Both the position numbers and the translations under genes were made by a program. DNA of 64,000 nucleotides from Squalus acanthias. Its lineage: Eukaryota. Under the pieces are notes generated by a model, which was not told the DNA's origin, did not search any database, and saw nothing but the letters and a program-made list of their open reading frames with translations. Position 1 is the stretch's first letter. Each line of letters starts with the position of its first letter. The stretch is from NCBI GenBank assembly GCA_030390025.1, contig CM059438.1, positions 52,702,001 through 52,766,000 of the forward strand. The letters are read 5' to 3'. This document shows, piece by piece, positions 1 through 12,942 of this stretch.

Positions 1-111
1 TCTTATGTTCTTATGATACCTTCGATTTTCTGTCTGCATTTTAATAGCAATAGCAGTAGTGCAAAATTTAATGACATGGAGCAGCCCACAACTGCAAAAA
101 GTAGTTCCATT

Positions 112-495
112 GGCTCTGTCTGATGGCCTAGTAGTGGGTAAAGGCTGTGCCTGCTGTAATGTCAGATCATGAAGACCAGAAGGTCTCAGGTTAATCATCT
201 GGTTAGGGAGATAGAAAAAACAGCAAGGGTGCCTGCTCTTAATTGCTATGCAGTGATCTCTGCTCAACTGTGGCTGTGCGTGTGGATATTGGGTGACAAC
301 AGAATTCAGATTGGCCACAATGTTCTCCATGGTACACACATGAAGACTGGGCCACTTGGGTGAACCATACTCAGCAGATGTCAGAACCTTCAGCAGTTCA
401 AGAAGGCGGCTTACCACCACCTTCTCAAGGGCAATTAGGGATGGGCAATAAATGGTGGCCTTGCCAGCGACACCCACATCCTATGAATGAAAATA
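112..495 (+). mobile_element. Degenerate tRNA-derived SINE-like sequence followed by the 3' tail of the tRNA-headed LINE family
   Basis: A-box-like TGGCCTAGTAGTGG at ~124; tail TTCAAGAAGGCGGC...CTCAAGGGCAATTAGGGATGGGCAATAAATG...CCCACATCC at 397-490 matches the 3' ends at 35385-35500 and 50220-50328. Confidence 0.5.
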
Positions 496-1718
496 AAGGC
501 CACAGCCATTGTATAAATAGCAGTTATCTATAGGAATATGTGTGCGTCTGTATAGCTCTGATTTCAGTGAGTCATTTACTTTCAAATATTGATCATGGAT
601 TTGGCTGACTTCATAACGTTTGCTTAAGAGTAATGCTTTGCTTTAAATTGCTTTTTCAAGGGTGGAAAACATGGTCCGACTGAGCAACTGTAACGTTCAG
701 GAAAGGAAAAACAGCAAAGCTGGGACTCTGGCTCAGCACAGACATCAAGGTTAAATCATTGAGAAGACTTCCCCTGGACACCAGCCCAATTTGCCCAGGC
801 CAGGCTCTGTGGGCTCTGCACCTCAAAGAATAAGCAGAAGGTCCCATTCTAACACACACTTTTAGAAATAGAAACTTCCTTAATGATTCAGTTGTTTCTT
901 GTAACAATCTATAGTGCAGGCTATAGATGTCACTAAATACCAGAGTCAGTCTTGATTGTTTGATTTCCCATTACCTGTTATTTGTGTATGTACAAGAATC
1001 CAGATAAACAACGGCAAACATAAATTATTTCTGTGCTCAGTAAAATATTAGCATATTTTCATTTGATTAGAATAATATTCAAATGGGCCCAAGTGCAAAC
1101 ATTGCACATCGGGGAAGGCACACAGGTGGAGATCAACTAGGTATTATTATCCACTTCTTTTCCTTGGACAAGCCTACATTGATATGGACCATTTCTCATC
1201 CCTTAAACTAAGAGTAAAACTGGCGGGGCCTCACTTGTGGCAGATGGTTTATTGTAAAATCACGGGTGCATTGCACACGATTTTCTGTCCATTGATTCTA
1301 GTCAACAAAAAGCCACAGACACTGCACCCTTCCAATAAGCTGTGTGCAAGGCACCACAGGTGGTGCGGTATCTTGGAATATTTCATACTGTAAGTGAACA
1401 CGTACAAATCAGCACACAAGTTGCAAGTAATGTAATATTTTCAAGATACAATTTTGCCACAAACAGAATGCACACAATTACATTTATTACATTTTCATAA
1501 ACCTGTTCTAAAAATCCAACTCCAGACCATAAAACAATAATGTTCACTTCAGATTATTTCTCATTCAATCTGCTCATTTGCTGCATCAGTTTATTTCAGT
1601 ATCCCAGGTTACCTGTTGGAGATCTCAGGTAGGCAGCACTTGACAGATAAAATTATCTTAAGATGTAATTATACTGTCCATGCAAAGCATGCTCGCTTTG
1701 CCCTGACCCTGCCCTTAT

Positions 1719-1924
1719 GGGGTAATTGTTACGATTTAGTGCCCTCAGCACAGAGCTTCACATGACTGGAGAAAAATTGGGAATTTGGGCAGAGAGATAA
1801 TAATGGACAGGAAATGATGTAGATCATGAATAGGGTGAACTGAGCTCCACCCCTGAATTCCCAAAATGTGCTCTTGCTGAGTGAAGTTCTGCACCCACAG
1901 CGCTAAGTTGTAAAAGTTAACCCC
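1719..1924. mobile_element. MITE (Harbinger-type termini)
   Basis: Imperfect terminal inverted repeats GGGGTAATTGTTACGATTTAG / CTAAGTTGTAAAAGTTAACCCC. Confidence 0.5.
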
Positions 1925-4210
1925 ATGGTGTAAGTGCAGTTTAAATCTGGAGTCAGGGCCCAACCTGATACCAAAGGGGAGGAAATCTCACTCAGCTTTG
2001 CTTCTGTTCACATGTCCATTCCACCAGTTTAGTGTTCGTGCACAACGTAATGGAAATGCACCCTCAATGACAAACCAAAAGCAGGTTACTGTTGCCAACT
2101 TCTCTTTCATTACTCACTTGATATGCGCTTGGTCTAATTGCTTTATAAGACACTCCATCATTGTAGAGTCAGCTGTTTTTGGTATGTCACAAGATGGAAC
2201 CTAAACCCTCATGTGTTGTGCTCAGCACATTCGGACTAAGTTACACACTGCAGACTTTACTAAATAAAAGTGAAGAGAATAGAATTTTGAAAACTGGCTT
2301 AAATATCATGCTCATAAAATACCAACAAATCATAACTGAATAAATAGGGAACCTGTCAATGAGCAAATAACACGTTTAATAAAAAAGGGGTTAGAAAACC
2401 AGTCATTTCCTGCTAGTTTTTGTGACCATGATGACCTCAGCTCTCCCTCAAGGGGAGCAGCCAGGAATTTACTAATATCTGCCAATCTGCAAACCCTTCT
2501 ACTCCTTTTCCGGAGGCGAAACAGGATTGTTGCTTCACAGGTTTTGTTTACAGACAAACTTCCCCGACTGACAGCATTTACCTTGCAACTGACCTCAGTG
2601 TGTGCCTGTTACAGCTCTTCCCCACAGTTAGTATTTGGTCAGATAGATCAGATTTCTGTCTTGGAGAGACAGACAAAGTTAACCACAGCTTATCTACAGA
2701 CTCCTTCCCCAACACTAGAGAGCTTGAAGTTGCCATACATTACTATAGAGAATAAATCCATTCGGACATACATTTCAGATGGACAGCACTTACTTGTACG
2801 TGACATAAAATATATTTCTTTCACCACTGTCATTCTCATCATGTTTTCTTGCTGTACTTCAACTATTGGACATTTCAAGAAATGAGCCAACATATTCTGG
2901 GAAGTTTTGAAACTGAACACAGATTAGTCATGGCAATGTCATCCTTCCCAGGGTATATTGTGCAGAACAGAAACAATGGAATTATTCTAGTGACAATATC
3001 TGCATTTTTAGTTTTGCACTGTGCATGCTCCACTCATTTATATTGGTGTTGAGCAGCCTAATCAGTGGTCTTTGAAAGGAATGCTACTCCTGGCCCCACA
3101 AAAGTACTTCAACCAGCTATCGGTCTGTGAGTGGCCCCCCGGCTCACTTCCCACCACATACTCTGAATGTTGGCCGGCCAATTGCCGACATTCCCCAACT
3201 GCCTTGAAAGCATTAGTATGGCACACACAGCTCACCACTGCATGCAAATGAGTCCTGGATCTCAAAATGGCTCGGGCTACACAGCGGATGCAATGGGCGG
3301 ATGACAGGCGCAGTCCACTCAGCGACCACCCGTTGTATACCTAAACTGAGAATCAGCCTGTCTTCCCCTTATGCCGAGGCCTCTTCCTGAAGTGCTCCCA
3401 GCCCCAGATTCCATCCCATCTAAATAGTCCCAAACCCCAACTCAAACCCCTCTTCAATCCCACTTCCCGAATGTTAGCTTTCACAAACTGCTTCCAGAGT
3501 CCATCCCTTCCTGAGCACTCTCAACTGCAGCCCCCATATCTCCACATCCTAGGACCAGCTCCCCTCTCCCTGAGTGTTCCCAGACAGCCTGACTGCTCCC
3601 ACACCCCAAATTTCACAAATGCAGTTCCTGTCCCTCAAGTGCTTGGATCCTGCACTGCAGCCCATGCTTTGATCCCAGAGCACAGTCCACCCACAAGTAC
3701 TCCAAAGTCCCACACTCCAGATCTCTCAGACACATTCTCTGTGAATGTTCCACACCCCTCCACACCCTCTCTCCACTTGATCCTACCCCAATTCATGTTA
3801 GCACCTTGGGCTTTAAAAAATAAATTGAGTACATTGGTAAAGTGATGTATGAGAGTCATATAGTGAGACTGGAGACATGCAGAATAGAGATGAGACAAAT
3901 GGAAAGAGAGACCTACACCAAGAATGAGAGAAAAGTGAGAAGGAAAATAGAAAGATACACGTTTTTCTCATTGTGGTGCCTATCTCTCTATTTGTCTCTC
4001 TCTGTATGGCTCTCACACAATTTATCATTGTGGTGTCTGAGAATGATATAGAGAGAGTAAGAGAAATAAAAAAGGGTGGAAGACAAATAGAGAGTGACAC
4101 AGAAAAAACTAGGGAGTAAGTAATAATAAACAGTTTCCACAGGATATAAACAATTTTAGGATAAATACACTGTATGTATTTATGTAGTTAAGGGCTTTTA
4201 GGTGATTTAT

Positions 4211-4853
4211 GAGCCCTGAATTTCCTTTGGGCCTGGGGTGCAATTTTGCGATAAAGGGAGCAAGGGAGAACTGGCAAGGCACGGAAATCAGGTGCAATCT
4301 CCCTATGAAGGTGCATGGTCCTTTCTCTGCCAGATGCATTGGGTCTTCCTGGACATCAACCTGAGAATTCCCTGGGGTGGGGGCAGGCAAAGTTCCATCT
4401 GCCGCCATAAATATCCTGAGGTCAAAGGAGGTGGGGCTGCTGGAATGGCATCCCGGCCAGATATTCCGTAGTTCCCATTCCTGAGTGCCCATTGACCTGG
4501 ACACTAGAAAGATACCGGGGTCCAAGTTAATGGAGGGACACAAGTTGGGCCAACAGTGGTGTCCAGGCCTGAGTCTTAGCCTGGAGTACTCCAGAAGACT
4601 GGAGGCAGCAGCAAGAAAATCAGCCATTGTTTCTACTTTCTTTGCATTTTTCAGACAGTTAAGCACTCCCCCTTCTTGCAAGGATACAAAATATGCCCAT
4701 ACTGGCATGAGTGCCTGCTGAATTTATTTAAATAAGGTGACCCCTCCCGGACCCTGGATACTCCGACAGGGTCAAGAATGCAGGTCAGTGACATATCGAG
4801 ACTTCTGCTGCTGCAACTACGGTGGCAGAGTGGGATTGAGGAATTTCGGTCCC
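4211..4853. mobile_element. Non-autonomous Harbinger-type element
   Basis: Termini GAGCCCTGAATTTCCT ... AGGAATTTCGGTCCC resemble the other GG(G)CNGAATTT TIRs in the window. Confidence 0.4.
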
Positions 4854-5159
4854 ATGAACTTACTGAGCTTTTATTTCTTGTAGGTTGTGGTGTTCTCTGA
4901 GCTCTTTGTCATATATTGCTACCTTATAGTGCAAATTATAATCTGCCTATGAATGTGTATGGTTCTTTCTCTGCCAACCAAGCCTCCATGTTGACCCAAC
5001 TAACATCTTGACACCAGATTAATTTTGTAATTTTTTTCCCCCCCAGGCAGTTATTTTTGAGGAAAGATTAATGAAAGCAGGCTAAGAGTTGAAGTGGAAG
5101 TGCTTAAAAAAATTACATCTGATTCAGACATGCTCTTTAAAACATTTCTCATTCGACAT

Positions 5160-5316
5160 GGGATGAAATTTCACTTTTACCACTGGGTGGAAAGCGAATG
5201 GTAATGGATCAGCTGCCCGTTTTACACTCCTCCCGACTCGTTTCCATTGAAACTGAATATTGGGTGGGGTGTAAATGGGACGCTACCACCTGGCAGTAGA
5301 AGTGATAATTCACCCC
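5160..5316. mobile_element. MITE (palindromic)
   Basis: Inverted ends GGGATGAAATTTCACTTTTACCACTGGGTGG / CCACCTGGCAGTAGAAGTGATAATTCACCCC. Confidence 0.55.
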
Positions 5317-5689
5317 ATGGTTTCTAACAGTTAATCCAATCTATCAGCTTGTTTCCGGTTCCTGAACACACTGAGGTAAATGTTATGAGTCAGAGCTTCG
5401 CACAACTGGAGTGTGCACTGGGAGGCCCAATATGGATGGAAAATCCTGCAGAGCATAAATTGTGAGTGCTAATGCCTCCATCCAAATTCCTAATACATGT
5501 TCCGTCATGCAAAGCTTTGCAATGAGAGGACTAACTCAGTTGATAGCACTCTTGCTCAGGGGCAGACTGGCCATATGGGAAATCAGGAGATTTCAAACAT
5601 GCTCTTGTGAATGGTTGCTTATCGCTGTATTATCGGCGCCCTTTTTTCTGAGAGAATTCCAGTGTATCCTGTGCCCTTCCGGTGTGCCA

Positions 5690-6125
5690 GTCTGCCTCTG
5701 CTCTTGCCGCTGATTCAAGTTGTGGCTTCAAGCTCCAGTGCAAGACTTGAACACTTAATCTAGTTGACACTTCTACATAATACTGAGGAGGTGCACTGTT
5801 GGCGGGACTGTTTTTTGAATAAGACATTAAACCAAGGCACTGTCTCCTGTTCAGATGACTTAAACGATCCCATGGTTCTATTCGAAGAAGAGCAAGAAGC
5901 TCTCCCAGTGCCCTGGCCAACATTCATCTCCCAGCCAACGCTATCAAAACAGGTTAACTGGTCATTTGTATCATTTGATACCTGTGTGACTTTGTGCTAA
6001 TGTGCTACTTCATTTTCATATGTAACAACAGTGACTACACCTCAAAAGTAATTTATTGGCTGTGAAGCACTTTGGGATGTCCTGAGGATGTGAAAGGTGC
6101 TGTATAATGACAAGCTCTTTCTTTC
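5690..6125 (+). mobile_element. DeuSINE (AmnSINE1/SacSINE1-like), degenerate
   Basis: Deu-domain-like ...ACATTAAACCAAGGC...GATCCCATGG...GAAGAAGAGCA...CCTGGCCAACATT and an L2-type tail (ACAGTGACTACACCTCAAAAGTA...GATGTCCTGAGGATGTGAAAGGTGCT); a second tail copy at 6735-6835. Confidence 0.65.
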
Positions 6126-6857
6126 TAACTCATAAAAATCTATCTGAATGTTGCTTTTGAAATCATGTATCAATGGTCATTTCTTAAAAATGTTCTCTTT
6201 GTAATGTTTTTGTTAGATTGTGATATTTACTGATGGCAAAATACTCAGATTTAAAATAGAGAGTAAAACCAGCTACACGAAATCTAAAGATAACTATTTA
6301 AAACAGGGGTGCACAGTTACAATCTCGTACTGTGTATGTGAAAGCTTCGTATTGAGGTTGTGACAGCTATAAACAGAATTACATAAAGAGTAGCATTTTT
6401 GTGCATACATCACTTGGCAGTGCTTACATGCTCTAGACTTGTTCATGTAAACCACTAATTCTATTGTAATTGGGTCTGTTTGCTGTGCTGAAATCACTTA
6501 GACTGAGGAATGTGGCTGTTTCTCCAGTTTGTGTCTTTTGGTGTTTCATTTTCCATTGCGATATGGGTATAAGGAGAACAATAGTGTAGGGAAGTACTTT
6601 TGATTGAATGTACTATTTCCCACTCCCAATACACATTGTGAAAAAAGACCCACTCAGCTGACTCACATGGCAGCCTATCTGTTACGTTGAAGCAGGTTTA
6701 AAATCCGCCATGGACCTGTTTACCCGAGTCCCACATTACAACAGTGACTACACTTCAAAAGTACTTAATTTGTTGTAAAGTGCTTTGGGACATCCTGAGG
6801 TCATGAAAGGTGCTGTATAAATGCAAGTTCTTTCTTTTAGTCGTCCATCTCCATGAT

Positions 6858-7240
6858 CCTGGATTCCCATGGTGCTGGATTCCCATGGTGCTAGATTCCC
6901 ATGGTGCTGGATTCTGGTTGCCCTGGATTCTGGTCACCCTGGAATCCCATGGTCCTGGATTCCCATTGTCCTGGATTCTGGTTGCCCTGGATTCCCATGG
7001 TCCTAGATTCTGGTCACCCTGGATTCCCAAGGTCCCGGATTCTGGTCACCCTGGATTCCCAAGGTCCCGGATTCTGGTCACCCTGGATTCCCAAGGTCCC
7101 GGATTCTGGTCGCCCTGGATTCCCAAGGTCCTGAATTCTGGTCGCCCTGGATTCCCATGGTCCCGGATTCTGGTTGCCCTGGATTCCTATAGTCCTGGGT
7201 TCTCATTGCCATGAATTCTTCTTGCCCTGGATTCCTATTG
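6858..7240. repeat. Minisatellite, 16-bp unit (GGATTCCCATGGTGCT) evolving into a 32-bp dimer (GGATTCTGGTCACCCT-GGATTCCCAAGGTCCC)
   Basis: Tandem repetition seen directly. Confidence 0.9.
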
Positions 7241-7309
7241 TCCAACACAATTCAAAAGAAATGAACTCCTGGCAGTACAAACAAAAAGAGAAAAATAATC
7301 AGGACTGCT

Positions 7310-7508
7310 GAAACAAAAACAGAAAATGCTGTAAAAACACAGCAATCGATCAGCCTCTGGAAGGAGAAAAGACAGGTTAATGTTTGGGAGTAGATCCTTC
7401 ATCTCAACAGGTCTGACGAAGGTTAATGACCAGATCGATCACCTTTCTTTTCTCTACAGATGCTGACACACCTGAAGAGTATTTCCAGTGTTTTCTGTTT
7501 TTATTTCT
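7310..7508. mobile_element. Palindromic Penelope-derived repeat
   Basis: GAAACAAAAACAGAAAATGCTG... is the inverse of ...CAGTGTTTTCTGTTTTTATTTC; related pieces at 13120-13235 and 27128-27165. Confidence 0.5.
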
Positions 7509-8909
7509 TAAGTACAGGAAGAGCAGTACTGGAGTGACCAACTGACAATCAGAACCTGGGAGGATCAGGTGTGAGAAATTCTAATTAATTCAAAGTGGGA
7601 AGTACTTTGGGTTGAAAGCTCTTCCTACAGTCCTGTTCTCCTTTGTCAGTAGCCCACATGTTTAAGTGCATTGTCTTAATTAGCTGCCCTCGTAACACTC
7701 CTAGTGAACTGTGCATTTGTGAGTATTGTCAACTATAAAGCACTTTATCTCTATATTTGCAGAAAATCTAATGTCCTTTGTTATGCTTGTGGTAGATTTG
7801 ATGTGTATTCTATTGAGTGAACTGAGTAGCATTGATATTTAAATGCAAATTTTAATAAATGTGTACAAGCAATATCTTGTTGATTCATTTTTATAAACAA
7901 AAGCTGTGTAATCCTAGTGTTTTGAACACATTAGTGCAATGAGTATCGATCTTTATACACAGATATTCATTGCTGGGCTATTAATGAAGGTTAGTTGAAA
8001 TTGGTTTGAATCCCCCAAGCAATCAGTAGAATTTCTGCACATGAAAACTCAGTTTGACATGAACCGCATATTGGGCCTCAGACTTCATTCCCATACCAGT
8101 GGGGCTGCGGGAGGAAGCCACACAGGTGAGTGATGGAGGTTTGGGTTGCTGCTAGCTCTGCAAAGGCCCACAGGATAGTGATCAGTAGCTGGTAGGAAGG
8201 GCGGGGAGAAAGGGATTGCGTGACGGTGGGGAGGATGGGGGATGAGGGGGGCAGAGATTACAGGACTTGGAGGAGAATCCCGGGAGCATTACGGTACTCA
8301 GATGGGGATCGCGGGACTCGGGGATCGTAGGACTTGGGGAGGGATCATCTTTCGGTGACCAGGGGTGGGGAAAATCGGTGGTTGGGGAGCTCGGGGCCTG
8401 GGTGGCTGGGAGTGGCAGCGAACAGGATGATGCTTCAGAGGTAAGTAAGTTACCTTTTTTTTATGTAGACGATCTTTAGGGTTGTTTTCACTGACTGCAG
8501 CCGGCGCTGGCTGCCTCGGGAAAACCAATGTTGCAACGGAGACCTGAAGCAGGTGTGAGGTCCTTTATTTGCATATGGAAAGGGCGAATATCTGCTACAG
8601 GTGTGGGTAAAGGACTCATTGTTTGTCCTTACACAATAGGATGGGTAGAGCACTTCCTGCCAGGCATTTTGGGACCTTAAGAGGCCACGTAGCACCTGAA
8701 AAATGGGCGACCTAATTTCTTGGCCATCGTGTTTTTATTTTATAGTCAAATCGTAATCATGATCTATGTCGCACCAAATTCTGAAACTCAAGTGGTCACA
8801 AGGGGCTTGCACCCCCTTTGGATGCTTTTGATATTCCTTCTATATTTGTGTATTTACCTTATCTATTTCTATCTACTCTACTTGCTTGATGATTGCTTTG
8901 TTTTCCTTC

Positions 8910-9210
8910 CTATGACCATCAAGCTGTTGGATTGTCATAAAACCCCAACTGGTTCACTAATGTCCTTTAGGGAAGGAAACCTGCCATCCTTTCTTGGTCT
9001 GGTCTATATGTGACTCCAGTCCTACACCAACATGGTTGACTCTTTGCATTCAGTTCGCCTAGCAAGCCAGTCATGGTTACTGAGCACCTTCACCACATGG
9101 ACTGCCGCGGTTCACGAAGGCGGCCCACCACCACCTTCTCAGGGCAATTAGGGTTGGGCAATAAATGCCAGCCTTGCCAGCAACGCCCACATCCTGAGAA
9201 TGAAAGAAAA
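8910..9210 (+). mobile_element. SINE (head lost): conserved core joined directly to the LINE 3' tail; MetaSINE-like
   Basis: Core CTGGTTCACTAATGTCCTTTAGGGAAGGAAACCTGCC...TATGTGACTCCAG...TGGTTGACTCT matches the 5' region 38240-38400 of the LINE; tail matches 35385-35520. Confidence 0.75.
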
Positions 9211-9849
9211 AGGGCCACGATGACAGCTCCATTGTATTCTGGGAAAAGAGCATAACAGACCAGACCTCAATTCAACATATAAACTATACAAATCCTATTA
9301 ACAGAATAATGCATATGAAATGGTTAGATCTTTATTCCACTCACGAAGAGCTGTATAACTTAAATGAGTAGCGTCCCTAAAATAAATGTATTTATTTAAA
9401 CAACTTTACATAAGCAATACATATTTGTTGCCGTTGCGAAGGCGGTGTTTCACCTTCTTGAACGGCTGCAGTCTGTGTGGTGAAGGTACTCCCACAGTGC
9501 TGTTAGAAGGAGTTCCAGAATTTTGACCCAGCGACAATGAAGAAACGGCAATATGAAGGATGCCGAGCGACTTGGAGGTGATGGTCTTCCCATGCACCTG
9601 CTGCCCTTGTCCTTCGAGGAGATGGAGGGTGGGGAAGTACTGAGTGGGTGCATTGGGATCATTGTTAGAAATACTACTGCTTCTAATTTACACCAATGCT
9701 TTGGACTCAAAGCCAATGTAAATCAGTCAAGTTTTCAGATAATACCAACATTAGGAGGGAAGGGTAGTGGAATCAGAGGAAGCAACTCAGCAATAAATTG
9801 AACAAAATAAGTGGGCATAACACAGATAGGTGAACTTTACAGAAACAAA

Positions 9850-12807
9850 GGCCGGAATTTTACCGGTGCTCAGAGTGCGGGTTTGGAGGAGGGCCCACAG
9901 TCAAAATCACAAAGATTGACAGCGAGTCAGTATCCACTGTAAACCCGCCTCCTTGTCAGTTTCCCAAGTGTCGGGTCTGTCATCCCTGAACAGACCCGAC
10001 ACCAAGTGGAGAACCAGTGGATGTGGTGCATTTAGACTTTCAGTAGGCTTTCGATAAGGTCCCGCATAAGAGATTAGCGTGAAAAGTTAAAGCACATGGG
10101 ATTGGGTAAGGTACTGACTTGGATAGAGAACTGGTTGGCAGACAGGAAGCAAAGAGTTGGAATAAATGGGTCTTTTTCCAAGTGGCAGGCAGTGACTAGT
10201 GGGGTACCGCAGGGATCGGTGCTAGGACCCCAGCTATTCACAATATATATTAATGATCTAGACGAGGGAACTAAATGTAATATCTCCAAGTTTGCAGACG
10301 ACACAAAGCTGGGTGGGCGTGTGTGCTGTGAGGAGGATGCAGAGAAACTCCAGTATGATTTGGACAAGTTGGGTGAGTGGGCAGATGCACGGCAGATGCA
10401 GTATAATATGGATAAATGCGAGGTTATCCACTTTGGTGGCAAAAACAGAAAGGCAGATTATTATCTGAACGGCAATAGATTGGGAAAAGGGGAAGTGCAA
10501 CGAGACCTGGGTGTCCTTGTGCACCAGTCGCTGAAGGTAAGCATGCAGGTGCAGCAGGCGGTTAAGAAGGCAAATGGTATGTTGGCCTTCGTAGCGAGAG
10601 GATTCGAGTACAGGAGCAAGGATGTCTTGCTGCAGTTGTGCAGGGCCTTGGTGAAACCATACCTTGAGTATTATGTGCAGTTTTGGTCGCCTTGTCTGAG
10701 GAAGGATGTTCTTGCCATGGAGGGAGTGCAGCGAAGATTCACCAGACTGATACCTGGGATGGCAAGAATGACGTATGAAGAGAGATTGGGTCGATTGGGC
10801 TTGTATTCGCTAGAGTTTAGAAGAATGAGAGGAGATCTCATTGAAACTTATAAAATTCTAACAGGATTAGACAGACTAGATGCAGGAAGGATGTTCCCGA
10901 TGGTCGGGGAGTCCAGAACCAGGAGTCACAGTCTAAGGATAAGGGGTAAGCCATTTAGGACTGAGATGAGGAGGAATTTCTTCACCCAGAGAGTGGTGAA
11001 CCTGTGGAATTCTCTACCACAGAAGGCAGTTGAGGCCAATTCATTAAATATATTCAAGAAAGAGTTAGATATATTTCTTAAGGCTAAAGGGATCAAGGGA
11101 TATGGGGAGAAAGCAGGGACAGGGTACTGAATTTGGATGATCAGCCATGATCTCATTAAATGGCGGAACAGGCTCGAGGGGCCGAATGGCCTACTCCTGC
11201 TCCTATCTTCTATGTTTCAAGCGGCGGGTCAGCCAATTTGGATACTTAAAAGCTTGTTAAAAGGTAGTTGAGCACCATTTTTCCATGTACTTACCATTTT
11301 ACCAGGTTTTCAACGAAGTTCCCGGAGAGCGGGTCTCCCATCAGGTAAGTATGTTCTGTTCTCAATAACTCTCCATTGATGTGAATAGGTGACAGCTGCA
11401 AAAGTGGTATAAAACCTACCATTTCACAGCTGTTCACTTCCCAATCTTAGAAGGTGGAGCCTTCATGATTTGGAACCCACTTTTGAGCTTTATGCAGTTT
11501 GGAAGTGTTTGGAGTAAACTCTCTATCCACTGTCACCTCCTTGGAGCAACCTCTCTCACCATTGACAGATCGCTTCTGTCATCTCAACTTCAGCTGCCAT
11601 CTATTCCAGCAGCAGCCCTTGAAAAAATCTCACCTTGGTCCTCAGAATCCCACCACGATCAGCCCCAACACCAACATGACCAGGCACACCAGCAGCACCA
11701 ACAACAACACCAACCTGCTCCGCAATCACCTGATGCTGCACAGGACACAGGGCATCAGCACCCAACCACACTGCTGCCCGGGACGCCAGGGATGGCCTCA
11801 GCATGGCCAGATTTACTTCACTTGACGCTGTACACCCTGGCTGCCACATGATGCGCCAGGTTGGCACCACCCCACACCAACACCATAAAGCTCCCCTACA
11901 ATGCCCAAGCCATCCCTTTCACACTCATCGCCATTGGTACCCTTATGTCTCACCATTCACTGCAACTCACTTAGCTACTTCCAAAGGTGCACACAAATCT
12001 GTCCAAGAACACAAAGTGTTGAAAATAAAGGTTTCAATGTTTGACAGCACATTACCAGAAACTTCACATGAACATTGGCTAAACCATTCAAGTGCCTACC
12101 CTTGTGTGTTATTAGTTGGGTTGCTTGCGGTAGGATGAGGGTGAGTGTGAGGGGTGGCTAGTGAGATGGGGAAGTGCTAATGTAGATAGAGAGGGATGGG
12201 TGGAGGTGCAAGGTAAGTTGGTGTGAGTAAGGATGTGCAGGAGTAGGGTAGGGAAGGCAGAGTGATAGGGATGTGATGAGTGGCACAGCAGGATGAGGTT
12301 GAGAGTGGCTTTGCAGTAACGTTTCGTGATCTACTGAGATCATTGAAAGATTTGTGCCACTGCGGCCTGGTCCTCCTGATAACATCCCTGCTTGTGTCCT
12401 CCTGTGCAATGTGCAACCAGGCTGCATTGGTCTACTAGGGAGGTGTCTTCCGCCCATTGGAAGGGAAGAGAACCTCCCTGCGTGCTGTGACTCCCTCCAT
12501 AAGCATATGGAGGGAGTCATGGGAGAGCCTGGGTGCAGCCCTGTGCCTTTGTGCAGTGCTTGTCAGTGTTTGCAGCACCTCAATGCTGCAGAACACTCAC
12601 AGCACAATTGTCAAAATCAATTTGGACATCAAATGACGTCATCAGACCCGCTTCCTTTAAATCGGATGGGAACCTCGCAGGGCGGGCTTAACGAGCCCAA
12701 TCAATGCAAAATTCTTCTTACACAGCAGGATGGAACCGGGAGCGGGGTCGCCGTCCAGCACCGACCTCGGCCGGACTTAGTCTGTCTCGGTAGGCGAAAT
12801 CATGGCC
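9850..12807. mobile_element. Internally deleted PIF/Harbinger transposon
   Basis: Termini GGCCGGAATTTT ... GAAATCATGGCC with AAA duplicated on both sides; splits an old CR1 relic (…GAAACAAA|GTGCTGCACCTGGGG, KVLHLG); transposase N- and C-terminal remnants (11600-11830, +) and Myb-gene exon 1 remnant (12290-12540, -) are homologous to the 13487-23715 element. Confidence 0.75.
10007..11217 (+). mobile_element. 5'-truncated CR1 LINE (RT C-terminal half, open 344-aa frame 10096-11130)
   Basis: GVPQGSVLGP, KFADDTK, FFTQRVVNLWNSLP motifs; tail TTCTATGTT; TSD CAAG. Confidence 0.92.
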
Positions 12808-12942
12808 AAAGTGCTGCACCTGGGGAGACAAAATGATAAATCCAACCAATGCAGAACAGTAGTCACAAAGCCAGCAGAATGTTGAACTATAAGCCAAAAG
12901 CAGTAGAATACAAGGCAGAGAAAGTCATGATTAAACATTACT

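Noticed and set aside
2420..2600. C/D snoRNA or SECIS (ATGATGA...CTGA)
   Set aside because: No terminal stem or guide complementarity evident; such motifs occur by chance
3360..4110. ORFs in CT-rich/GA-rich sequence
   Set aside because: Low-complexity sequence with no recognisable protein motifs
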